Source of the DNA: Octopus sinensis
Taxonomy: Eukaryota
Reading direction: 5' to 3'
NCBI RefSeq assembly: GCF_006345805.1
Contig: NC_042998.1
Span: 190,526,001 to 190,590,000 of the forward strand
Length of the DNA stretch: 64,000 bases
Both the position numbers and the translations under genes were made by a program. Shown piece after piece: positions 39,737 through 51,490 of the stretch. Under the pieces are notes generated by a model. It did not search any database. It was given only the letters and a program-made list of their open reading frames with translations, and was not told the DNA's origin. Every line of letters begins with the position of its first letter. Within the stretch, counting starts at the first letter, position 1.

Positions 39737-39798
<62 letters not shown>

Positions 39799-39901
39799 CG
39801 GAGTAACACATAAATGTGAAACAAGGTGGAAAAAAAGAGTACTCAAATACCAGGGGTAGAGTAATATGCTTTATTTAAAAGCAGCAGAAATTCAACAAAA
39901 C

Positions 39902-39939
39902 CTGGTACTCGGAGTTTCACGTTCCCTTTCGTCGGACAG
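39902..39939 (-). ncRNA. Second copy of the CCGACGA hammerhead motif (stem II mismatch)
   Basis: Minus strand: CTGT-CCGACGA-AAG(GGAA)CGT-GAAA-CTC(C)GAG-T-A-CCAG. Confidence 0.6.
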
Positions 39940-39959
39940 TTTTGTTAAAATTTTAAATA

Positions 39960-39970
39960 AAGTATATATA

Positions 39971-40059
<89 letters not shown>

Positions 40060-40119
40060 ATATTATAGATTAATATATATTATTATATATATATATATAT
40101 ATATTATATATAATATTAT

Positions 40120-40166
<47 letters not shown>

Positions 40167-40339
40167 TATAATATTATACTATATATATATATATTATATA
40201 TATTATATATAATATATTATATATATATATATATATTATATATATAATATATATTATATATATATATATATATTATATATATATATTATATATATATTAT
40301 ATATATATATATATATATATTATTATATATTATATATAT

Positions 40340-40381
<42 letters not shown>

Positions 40382-40403
40382 ATATATATAATATAATAAT
40401 ATA

Positions 40404-40473
<70 letters not shown>

Positions 40474-40714
40474 TATATATATTATATATATTAATATATA
40501 TATATTATATATATATTATATATATTATATATATATATATTATATATATATATTATATATATATATTATATATATATATATATATTATATATATATAATA
40601 TATATATATTATATATATATTATTATATATATATATTATATATATATATTATTATATATATATATTCTATATATATCTATATATATATATAATTATATAT
40701 ATATATAATATATA

Positions 40715-40747
<33 letters not shown>

Positions 40748-40853
40748 ATTATATAAATTATATATAATATATATATATATATTATATAATATATTATATA
40801 TAATTATTATATAATATATATATATATATTATATATATATATATATATATAAT

Positions 40854-40897
<44 letters not shown>

Positions 40898-41277
40898 TAG
40901 GGGGTATTATTATATATATATATAGTATATATATATATCTATTATATATATATATACAATATTCTGTTTTATATAATAGGCGTGTATATATATATATATA
41001 TATTCTATATATATATATTATATATATATATATATATTATAATATATATATATAAGATATATTATATATATATATATATTATATATACATATATATATTA
41101 TATTATATATATATATATATTATATATATATATATTATATATATATTATATTATATTAATATATCTTATATATATATATATATTATATATATAATATATT
41201 ATATATATATATATATTATATATATATATATATATTATATATATATATTATATATATATAATATATAATATATATAT

Positions 41278-41310
<33 letters not shown>

Positions 41311-41399
41311 ATACATATTCTGTTTTATATAGGGCTGTGTATATATATATGTAGATATATATATATATATATATTAATATATATATACTATATATTATA

Positions 41400-41442
<43 letters not shown>

Positions 41443-41453
41443 ATATATATACA

Positions 41454-41496
<43 letters not shown>

Positions 41497-41625
41497 ATAA
41501 TCTATACATATATTATATATTATATATTATATATATATAATATTATATATATATACATATTATTATATATATTATATATATATATATTATATATATATAT
41601 ATTATATATATATATAAGATATATA

Positions 41626-41671
<46 letters not shown>

Positions 41672-41728
41672 ATACATATATATACACACAGCCCTATATA
41701 AAACAGAATATGTATATATATATATATA

Positions 41729-41794
<66 letters not shown>

Positions 41795-41800
41795 TATAAT
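39960..41800. repeat. ~1.8-kb irregular (TA)n tract
   Basis: Almost pure A/T; may include sequencing or consensus error. Confidence 0.95.
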
Positions 41801-41836
41801 ATATAAGAGAGAGCGAGAAAGAGAGGAAAAAGAAAA

Positions 41837-41886
<50 letters not shown>

Positions 41887-42023
41887 AAAAAGTTGCACTG
41901 AAGGACAACAATAGAACACACAGAAAATTCACACACAAAACGTAGATATGCTCTCTCCTCCTCAGTTATCGTCCCGAAATCATAACAATTTCACACCTTT
42001 AACGATAGACATACATACATACG

Positions 42024-42054
<31 letters not shown>

Positions 42055-42074
42055 CATTTCTTTTCTTTTCATTT

Positions 42075-42432
42075 GAGTTTGAGTCCATGCTCAGGCCAAG
42101 TCGAAGATTCCACCCTCAGAGTCTGGTGTGGTTGCCAGGTTGTATTCTCTGTTTAATTTTGACATGTGTAGGAGCGAGTTTGAGTCAGTTTGTGCTCGTT
42201 GTGTATATCCTGGGAGATGGGGTTCATCTCTAATGGTGCTTAAGTATCTATCCAGCTGCAATTTGAATGATTCCACACTGCATCCTGATAGATTTCTGAC
42301 ATGTACCGGAATGGAATTGAATAGTTGTGCTCCTCGAACCAACAGACTTGATTCTCGCAGGGTTTTTGCTGCCTGGCCAGCCTTTTTGTTGATTGGTGGT
42401 AGCTGGCAGCAGTGAGTGGTAGGTTTTGATAC
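42075..42432 (-). mobile_element. CR1-group LINE 3' end
   Basis: SLLVRGAQLFNSIPVHVRNL...SFKLQLDRYLSTIRDEP.LPGY. Confidence 0.75.
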
Positions 42433-42438
42433 CAAAGT

Positions 42439-42483
<45 letters not shown>

Positions 42484-42768
42484 ATATATATAGATAAATA
42501 GATAGAGAGAGAGAAAGCACGTGTGTTTGAAAAGGTTAAACGAAAGTGCTCACACACTAGAAAAAAACTTCTTCCCCCAAAAAGTTAGTAACATCCTCAT
42601 AAAAAATTTCATAACAACTTTTTAAAAAATAATTTAAATAAAGAATCCCCTTTACACTTCTAAAATTGTATAAAGTAATTCTCAAAGGCTTTCAGATATG
42701 ATCGCGTGTGTATCGTTGGCGATTTTCTTTCTCCGTCTTCCCTTCCTTGGACCTTTCCCTTTTCTATG

Positions 42769-42801
42769 TTTCTGACGAGGAGCTCTGCTCGAAACGTCAA
42801 A
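42769..42801 (+). ncRNA. Minimal type I hammerhead motif, core CUGACGA, GUC site
   Basis: TTT-CTGACGA-G-GAGC(TCT)GCTC-GAAA-CG-T-C-AAA, inside a ~190-bp element (42700-42891) homologous to 58476-58655. Confidence 0.75.
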
Positions 42802-42891
42802 TCCTCCTTCTTTCTTTCCTTTCCTGAGCGTCCAATAACGCTATACTTGTTCCACGTCCTCGCGTTGTTGTGTTTTCTTTTTGCTCATGTT

Positions 42892-43028
42892 TGGCTATAT
42901 TTAAGAAATGATTATAGTAGTAGAGAAATCACTTCGATATAAATACAGTCACTCATCAGGTTAAAAATAAACTAGAACATAGAATAATTAATTAATAAAT
43001 ATACTTTATATATATATATATAATATAT

Positions 43029-43095
<67 letters not shown>

Positions 43096-43393
43096 AAAAA
43101 CCCCACCTCTTATCAATTCAAAATGAACAATTAATTACACCATATAGAAAATTACATATAATAAGAAATATTAAAATTAAAATAACAATAAAATGTCAAT
43201 GATTAAGTAAATTGCAAAAAAAATAATAATAAAAACGTATATAATTTATAGAATAACGACACGTGTTTCGTGGCTATATTTAAGAAATGATTATAGTAGT
43301 AGAGAAATTACTTCGATATAAATATAGTCACTCATCAGGTTAAAAATAAACTAGAACAATAGAATAATTAATTAATAAATATACTTTAATATT

Positions 43394-43440
<47 letters not shown>
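42892..43440 (-). mobile_element. Partial-tandem (379-bp period) hammerhead-bearing element
   Basis: 42892-43010 repeats 43271-43390; TA tracts lie within and at the end. Confidence 0.7.
43254..43342 (-). ncRNA. Canonical type I hammerhead with long stem II, core CUGAUGA, GUC site
   Basis: Minus strand: TAAC-CTGATGA-GTGACTATATTTA...TAAATATAGCCAC-GAAA-CACGTG-T-C-GTTA. Stem II is 12/13 bp; stem III is the palindrome ACACGUGU. Confidence 0.85.
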
Positions 43441-43459
<19 letters not shown>

Positions 43460-44039
43460 GAAAATACTAAATATACATAAGTGAAACTAAAACAATATTT
43501 AAATTATTAAATAATTTAAAATTAAATAAAATACATAAACCTAGTACAAGTCGTTAAATTGTAATCAAAATAAGAAATGGTTCAAATATAGACAAACTCC
43601 TTAAATAAGCAAACCATATAATAAATATACATGTGTAGTATCTATAGGTTTAATATAACAATCTATAACAAAGTTGACTAAATATCAAATAATATAATAC
43701 CTAATTAACTTAAAATTTAATATTACGAATAAATAAGCCACCTTATTTCATCTGCTTCAAACTTATTTCTAATTCGAGCGACAGTAAATCGTGGAGGTGA
43801 AATGAAACTCCCTCCTAACTTGTTTTTTGTGCTTCGATTGCGTCTTCAAACTTTCAGTAGAATTTTCTTTGTCCGAAATTTAGTCTGGTTCCATTCATTA
43901 TTCTAATGGGTTAAATCTAAAAAGAAATGAAAATTTACTTATCAGCTGTTAAATTTTGAATACATTTTTGGAACGGAAATATGGAATAACATGTTCTTAG
44001 TTTTTTTGAATTTTAAATAACATAATCTTATCTTTCCAG

Positions 44040-45330
44040 TCTTTGGTTTGGTTTTTTGGTACCCAGGTATGTTTATATTATCCCATCATGTTTCATGGAT
44101 TCCTAAAGCTGATCAGAGTTTGCAATTTTTTTTCCAGTAAGTTTGTATTCAATGTATGCTCAAAAATGTTTAGAGGGTTTTCGATCTATAACATTGTTGT
44201 TGTTGTTTGTTTGTTCCTTCTCGAGCTAAGCATGGCTCATTAGAGCCAGTTTCCCGGTTTCCTTGGCGTATAGGTTCTCCACCTGGCCGGGACGCCGGTC
44301 CGTCGCAGGTGAGCTGCAAGATACAGGAGGAAAGAATGAAAGAAAGTTGTGGTGAAAGAGTCAGCAGAAGTTCGCCATTACCTTCTGCCGGATCCGCGTG
44401 GAGCTTAGGTGTTTCGCTCATAAACACACATCGCCCGGTCTGAGATTCGAACCCGCGAGTCCGCTGCTCTAACCACTAGGCCATGTGTCTCCACGATCTA
44501 TAACATAATTTTCAAGATTTTCTTCTCAAACAATGTTTTTGCAGTCCTTGCAGCATGGGCAGAAGAATTGTCTTGCTGAGGAAAGCCTTTTGCTTTTTCC
44601 GGCGGAAAATAGTTTTTGTAGGGTGGAAAGTAAAACTTTGCTTTACAGTTTTAAATATTCCTTGGTAGTAATTGATATTTCACACCCTACAAGCTCACCA
44701 ACATCTGCACATCATACCATGCTTCAATGCTACTCACTCGTTGAAATACATTCAGGGTGGAATCTGTCCAGGCTGTAGGAAGATAATGTTCCAGAGTATC
44801 ACAATGAAACTAAAATCTTGGTTCATTACTCCAGAGGGCTTTCATAAATCTGATTGAATCACTGTTACCATTACTTGGTCAAAAGTGAAATCTATCCTTA
44901 ATGATTTTCTTAGTCATCGCTTTGGGGGTAAACCTGGCGTCTTAAAACTTTCTTGTAATGGTCTTTCTGGAAACAGTATTGCTTTCAACAGTTCTAAGTC
45001 ATTGTCAGTTTCTGCAGACTTTACCTTCTTTTCTGAATAACTAAGAATTCCTGTTTTCTGTCATCTGCACTTGTGCACTTGCAGTAATTCCATGTCAGCC
45101 AAATTCTTTTTCCTTTGAAGTAGAATCAGTTTTTAGAAATGAAGAGCTTTTCTCTTCAAAGTAGACAGAAAAAATAAGGACATTCTTTACCAGCTTTCAA
45201 TAGTGGATTTCAGAATACGTGCTTGTTTCACGAAGACTAGTAATTCAATCGTTAATACCTATAACAACCTCGAATTTCTTTTTCTTTGAAAGCATATCCA
45301 ACACAAAAGAATAAAAGTGACTTGATCTGG
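44040..45330 (-). mobile_element. Very decayed Tc1-like (DD34E-type) transposase remnant interrupted by a SINE
   Basis: Minus strand gives KALWSNEPRF, QQDNSSAHAARTAK and, beyond the SINE, IENL. Many stops; ends not located. Confidence 0.55.
44195..44493 (-). mobile_element. SINE, head A-like + tail Y, 13-bp TSD
   Basis: CGATCTATAACAT at 44182-44194 and 44494-44506; (CAA)n tail. Confidence 0.85.
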
Positions 45331-45887
45331 CTGTTCTAGTTTGTAATTAAAGCAATGTACGTACAGAGTTTGATTTAAACATTAAAAAATACTTCTTATA
45401 CACTTCTATTTAAAAGAAACCTAAAACTAAACATTTAACATTTTAAATACTTTGTTTTCAAATTATCATAAAGAACGCAAGAAGCAACCCTATTATCCAT
45501 TTGTTTATACATTCAGTTTTAATCTATTCCCTTTTGCCTAAAATATTATCCACAATCGACAATATTTCTTTCAAATTTTTTTTCAAATTATGATTCAAAT
45601 TCTAATTCAAATTTTTCTTCATAAAATCTCTGTAACAGTTTTATATAACAAGTGCTTCTCTAAAAATGCTATTAAGAGTGTGTGGAGGAAGCATTGCAGG
45701 GTTTTGAGCAAATAATCTATTTATATTGCAATGTGCACCACTTTTGTTTGCTTAAACCTGATGAGAAGGAAAAATACCATTGTTTCAAGCAGCGAAGATA
45801 TCTTACTCTACACAGTTTTCATTGAAGACACATTGTATGGAACATGTAGTCTGTTTATCTTGAACTGCTATTAACTTTTATTATGAA

Positions 45888-46284
45888 CTAGCAGTATCGC
45901 CCGGCGTTGCTCGGGTTTGTAAGGGAAATAACTATATAAGCATTTTTAGAGAGTTATAGCCAAAAAATAGCAAAAAAATGCATTAAAAATGGAAAAAAAA
46001 TGATGGTAATTTTTTTTTTAAATCGTTGACTCATCGTAGGCATTTTTAGAGAGTTACTTCCCTTATATAATAGCGACAAAATGCATTAAAATGGAAAAAA
46101 ATGATGGTAAATTATTTTTAAAATCGTAGACTCATCGTAGACGCGCGCTAATACCCAGAAAGGCTCGATATGAATCACGACTATAAGATACCCGCTTTTG
46201 GTTACACTGCACCGAAAAATGTGGGAGTAGTTAGGAATCTAAATCGTAGGAGACAGACACACAACTTGACTTTTATATATAAAT
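45888..46284 (-). mobile_element. Non-autonomous Helitron with ~100-bp internal tandem duplication
   Basis: Same termini as 31682-31980; GCATTTTTAGAGAGTTA...ACTCATCGTAG occurs twice. Confidence 0.85.
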
Positions 46285-46299
46285 ATTTTTTTCATACTC

Positions 46300-46641
46300 G
46301 AGCCCCGTGCTAGAAGGGTGTTAAGAGCACCATCCGAGCATGATCATTGTCAGAGCGGCTATTGGTACATAAAAGACACCATTCGAGCGTGATTGTTACC
46401 AGCATCGCCTTACTGGCACCTGTAAAAGATTCGAGCGAGATCGTTGCCAGTACCGCCTGACTGGCCCCTTGCCGGTGGCACGTAAAAGCACCCACTACAC
46501 TCTCGGAGTGGTTGGCGTTAGGAAGGGCATCCAGCTGTAGAAACTCTGCCAGATCAAGATTGAAGCCTGGTGCAGCTATGAGGTTCGTCAGCCCTCAGTC
46601 AATCGTCCAACCCATGCTAGCATGAAAAGCGGACGTTAAAC

Positions 46642-46685
<44 letters not shown>
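46300..46685 (+). mobile_element. SINE-like element with ~50-bp internal repeats and (GAT)n tail
   Basis: Three CGAGCGTGAT(C/T)GTT.CCAG units, GGTTGGCGTTAGGAAGGGCATCCAG block, RTE-like tail GGACGTTAAACGATGATG. Confidence 0.7.
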
Positions 46686-46686
<1 letters not shown>

Positions 46687-47693
46687 ATATAAGCCACCAT
46701 TAGACTAATTTTTCAGTATTTCATACTCCATATTACAACGAACATTTAATATATGTGTTTGTAATAAGCATTTACAAAATATTCATTACAAACACATGTT
46801 TTAAGTTCAAGAGTTTCACAGAATGGTTTTTGTCGACGCAGATCACCATCAGTTTCCTCGGACTCTGTTTTCACTTGCAAACATTAGATGGGAAAAGAAT
46901 ATTTGTTGAGATAATATTGAAAATATTGCTATCGTTCTTTAGGTCTGTTATGCTTGACTGAGCAAGCCTATGAACAAAGGCAATCTAGCAATGATAATCC
47001 CACTCTAATCCAGATACCTTGCAATTAGAACTATAATATTCAGTATCGTATTCTAAATTATGCGATATGCGTTGAGGAAGAAATTTGTTTACTACTTCTA
47101 GCAAAAAGAGAGACCATGTCGAGGCTTTATTGATAGCTCAAGTCAAGAGTCGAAATATCCGAGGATACCAATATGAACCATATAATACCTTATTCTCTGT
47201 AGTAGTGTAGTCTATGTTTCATTTTCCCAATTTCCACTGCAACTCCATCTTAAAAAAAAAAAAACATTAACTTTGAGTCGTCTTATTACTGTATTATAAA
47301 GATCTTTTGAGTTATCACTTATCAAACCCTAGATTATTTATTTTAGATAACAAAGTAGCGTGTGAAATGTTTTAGTTGGAAAGTACACGTTATCTTCTCA
47401 TTCTTGTATTAATGATTTTCGAAATTCTTTAGAAGTGGTATAGCTTGGAGAGAGAGCATAACAGAAGATATCTCTAAAACCAACCCAATTCTTGAGTGAG
47501 TTGCCAGTTTATTAATATTTCAAGAAATATATTACATTCAACAAGTTCTCGTATATTTCTATACTTTTTTTCATCTTTCTGATTGCTTACAGTGTTTTTA
47601 AAATTACGTTCATTTTGCACTTCAATTATCTAGCAACTAATACATACATACATACATACATACATACATACATACATACATACATGCATGCAT

Positions 47694-48060
47694 AGATTAT
47701 GGCTGCCTCCTCGTTATCAAGTATGGCCATTGCACGAAGCTTAACTGTTACTGGTGCTGTGATCGAATGTGACTTTTTTTAGCCCAGCTAAAGATCTACA
47801 ATGTCTTGTACAGAATTGGCAACTAATACCTTTACCGGTAATAGCCGGCTGTAGTTGTAACTGGGCTTCATGTACCTTTGCATGTCGTTTAAGTCCTCCT
47901 GCCGAATTACACTCTCTTCCACATGCCCGACAGATATGATTAGTACGGTGTGTAACACCACCACCAGTGGCCAGGTTGTCACTCATCTGTCTCGCTTTAT
48001 GACTACGAAGAAGACTCTTGAGTCCAGCTTTACTGAGGCAGGGTCTTGCACAGACATTAC
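47694..48060 (-). mobile_element. RTE-like 3' fragment with three C2H2 fingers, within (TATG)n
   Basis: CNVCARPCLSKAGLKS, CRACGRECNSAGGLKRHAKVH, CQFCTRHCRSLAGLK; TATG arrays on both sides. Confidence 0.75.
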
Positions 48061-48578
48061 ACATACATACATACATACATATACACATACATATATACAT
48101 GTATGTATGTATGTATACATATACATACATGCGGAAAAGGATGCTCTGTTGTGGAAATCAGCTGCCTTTTGGACACCAGTATTGTTAGAAACATGAGGAA
48201 GAGAACATATGGGGGCCATTGATAAGGAATTTGCAAATCTAGTACCAAAGAAACACTTTCAGCTCCATACCTGTTATTATTGGAGCAACGAGATATGTGT
48301 CAAACCGTCTGGTGCAAAGTATGGCCGAACTTGGATTCTTGTGGAGAGAGAACGCAATTCCTTAATCCATACGCTACAAATGATCACGATGACTGAGATT
48401 ATAAAAAAGTCAGTAAAACCTTCTTAAGATTTAAAGGATGATGAACAAAAGATGCTTTCCTTCATAACAGGTGGCCGGTCAAAACTTATTCTAAATTAAA
48501 AAAGTGAAAGACAAAGAGAACATACATACAAACATACATACATAGTTAGATAGACAAAGTAACCGATAGACAGATAGA

Positions 48579-49250
48579 TATGTTTCTTTATTAGCCACAC
48601 AGGGCTGGACACAGACGGGACAAATTAGAAAGTAGAGCTTTTCTTCTTGGAGAGAGAGAGAGAGAAAAAAAAGGAGTGGGGTAGGTTTTCGATCAAAAGG
48701 GATCGTAGAAAGGAAAAAAAATAAAGAAAATTAAAAGACAAAAGAAAAAAGAAAAGAAAAGAAGAAAAAAACCATCAATAGGGATCGTGCATCACTGAAA
48801 TGTCATGATGTAAAGTGTAAAGGGGGAAGCAGATAAGGTTTATCCGTGGAAAGAAAAGCCTACGGAAAAGACCACGGTAACCTCGGTCATTAATGTCACA
48901 TGTTAACACGTTTATTTGCAAGTAAGTAACTCTCTGTTTTAAATTTTTCCGGGTTCATAGGATTATGCTCAAGGTGGCTTCGTCATTCATACGTGCCATC
49001 CTTGCTACATTCACCCATCTTTTTTTGAAACATTCGCTCGACAAAACTTGCCCCTCTACTCTCACTTTCCTTTTCAAGTGATACTTGAAGAAGTTGATGA
49101 AAAATTGACCAGAGAGGACAGTGTTTGTCACTAATCCTTTCAGTCGCATCCACCAGATACATTCTTTCGCCATAGCCACAAATATGATGAAAATAGCTCT
49201 TCCTTCCCGTTTGCAGGAAGGAGGCGTGACGATATTGACGATAGACTCGG
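48579..49250 (-). mobile_element. 5'-truncated Tx1-like LINE (ORF2 C-terminus + 3' UTR) within TCTA/TCTG repeats
   Basis: AMAKECIWWMRLKG...FKKRWVNVARMARMNDEATLSIIL*; ends AATAAAGAAACATA followed by TCTATCT. Confidence 0.75.
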
Positions 49251-49970
49251 CAGACAGACAGATAGATAGATAAATAGGTAGACATATAACCAGATAGACA
49301 GGGTCTGTGTGTTTTTAGTGAGAATTGAACACCCTCATTAGACCTCAAACATTTTTCGCTGTGGCAAGAAAATATAATCGATCTGATGAATCTGAACATG
49401 GTTAAAATATGTAGAAACAGAGGGTAAAGACACCTTCACAAGATTTACCTTACATTTCCAATAATCTTAAAAACGTTTGCTTGCACCGTTATGCAAATTA
49501 GGTAGCTCAATTTATTTCTAATGGAGTTCACATATACTAGAAAAAAATAAGCAGAAGCTAATATTCTCTGTGGACAAGAAGTGAGTAATTGACTCCTGAT
49601 GAGACATTGATAAATGCTGAAAGTAATCAGAGCGATGTCATGTCCTAACTGCACAGAGAAAAGCCTTTGGTTTAACTGCACTGTCTAATTTTTTTCACAG
49701 TGAGTCAAGATGTGAGTTTTAAAACACTCCCTTGCAAGTTTCCTCACATTTCTACTTACCTTATGTAGTGTGGCTATTAGTTAATTTATTCATTTTGCCA
49801 ACTCTTATACTGTTATGCAAATTTGTATCAAAGTAATTAAGTTTTGTCCTCGGGTGCTTGTACTTTATAGCTATTATAAGTAACAATTCCCTCTGTGCTC
49901 GAGGAGTGGCCGATCTCTTAAGAGGTCTTTAGAAATGCTGTATTTAATCACTTTGATAATTTTTCTTGGC

Positions 49971-49974
<4 letters not shown>

Positions 49975-50032
<58 letters not shown>

Positions 50033-50056
50033 AGGAGAGGAGAGAGGAGAGAGAGG

Positions 50057-50095
<39 letters not shown>

Positions 50096-50118
50096 CGAAA
50101 GAGAGAGGAAGAGAGGGG

Positions 50119-50150
<32 letters not shown>

Positions 50151-50170
50151 GGAGGGAGAGAGAAAGAAAG
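49975..50170. repeat. (GA)n-rich tract
   Basis: Direct inspection. Confidence 0.95.
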
Positions 50171-50288
50171 CGAGGAAGGAGGCACAGGGGAAATAGTAAT
50201 TTAATGGTGTCATCATTTACACAGCAAGAAGTTAAATGTGTTTAAAAACTCACGCGTGAATATTCAAGTTACACTTTCGCTTCATCTG

Positions 50289-50359
<71 letters not shown>

Positions 50360-50378
50360 CTATCTATCTATCTATCTA

Positions 50379-50757
50379 GAAGCCACCTTGACTATGATCC
50401 TATGAACCGTAAAAATTAATACAGATAGTTGCTTATTTGTAAAAAAATATATGTGACTTCATTGACCGAGTTTACCGTGGTCTTTTCCGTAGGCTTTTCT
50501 TTCCACGGGTAAACATCACCTGTCCTCCCCTTTACACTTTACATTGACATTTCTGTGATAACGATCCCTATTGATCGATTTTTTTCTTTTTCTTTTTATT
50601 TTTTATCCCCCCATTTTGTTTGCATTCTTCTTTCTTTCCTTTTACGATCCCTTTTGATCGAAAACCAAACCCCCTTTTTTTATCCCCCAAAAGAAAAGCT
50701 CTACCTTGTAATTTGTCCTGTCTGTGTGCAACCCTGTGTGGCTAATAAAGAAACATA
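50379..50757 (+). mobile_element. Tx1-like 3' end inserted in (TCTA)n; a shorter second copy at 50812-50885
   Basis: Reverse-homologous to 48579-48990; TCTA arrays before, between and after the two copies. Confidence 0.8.
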
Positions 50758-50758
50758 C

Positions 50759-50814
<56 letters not shown>

Positions 50815-51010
50815 TCAAAAGAAAAGCTCTACCTTGTAATTTGTTCTATCTGTGTGCAGCCCTGTGTGGCTAATAAAGAAACATATCTATCTATCTATCT
50901 ATCTATCTATCTACCTACCTATCTGCCTATCTATCCATCTATCTATCTATCTACCTATCTGCCTATCTATCCATCTATCTACCTATCTACCTATCTATCC
51001 ATCTATCTAC

Positions 51011-51061
<51 letters not shown>

Positions 51062-51272
51062 AAGTTTGGCAGACAAATAAGAGAAAAGCACTCGAAACAC
51101 AGTTTCCATCTCGTTTGAGGCGCAACGAAGTGGGTCAGGTGTGCGTGCAAATCGTGAAAGGCAGGTGGTGTACAGCGGAAGTTCACATCGTCCGACAGAT
51201 TTGTCTGTCTGCCAGAAGCAGAGAGTCTGTGGTTGTTACCATAACCTTGACAATTAATTAATCACAGCATAC

Positions 51273-51490
51273 CTGACACTGATTTATGATAGGAATGCTG
51301 GTATTATCAATGTTATTACAGTTGCTCTTATTAAAGTCATTGATATGGTTGTTTCCACTTAAATATAGTAAAGCGGGGCTTCGAAACGCTTTGATCTGTT
51401 TGTTTATTTCATACTGCATTATACTACCAATGTTGTTAATTTTCACAACAGGTATGCTTATTGAGTATTTAATACCAGTTGTATTTTTTG
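51273..51490 (-). CDS. Candidate 218-nt internal exon (KNTTGIKYSISIPVV...SIPIINQCQ)
   Basis: Acceptor TTCTGTGTTTAG, donor CAG|GTATGC, 72 open codons. An overlapping + frame (51293-51451) with its own donor is also open. No homology recognised. Confidence 0.3.

Noticed and set aside
47741-48130. C2H2 ORFs as a host zinc-finger gene of the octopus expansion
   Set aside because: No TGEKP linkers, two dispersed 5'-truncated copies with stops or frameshifts, and microsatellite flanks point to a retroelement end.
49592-49633. CTGATGA...GAAA...ATC in unique sequence as a hammerhead
   Set aside because: Stem II closing pairs mismatch and stem III cannot form; chance-level match.
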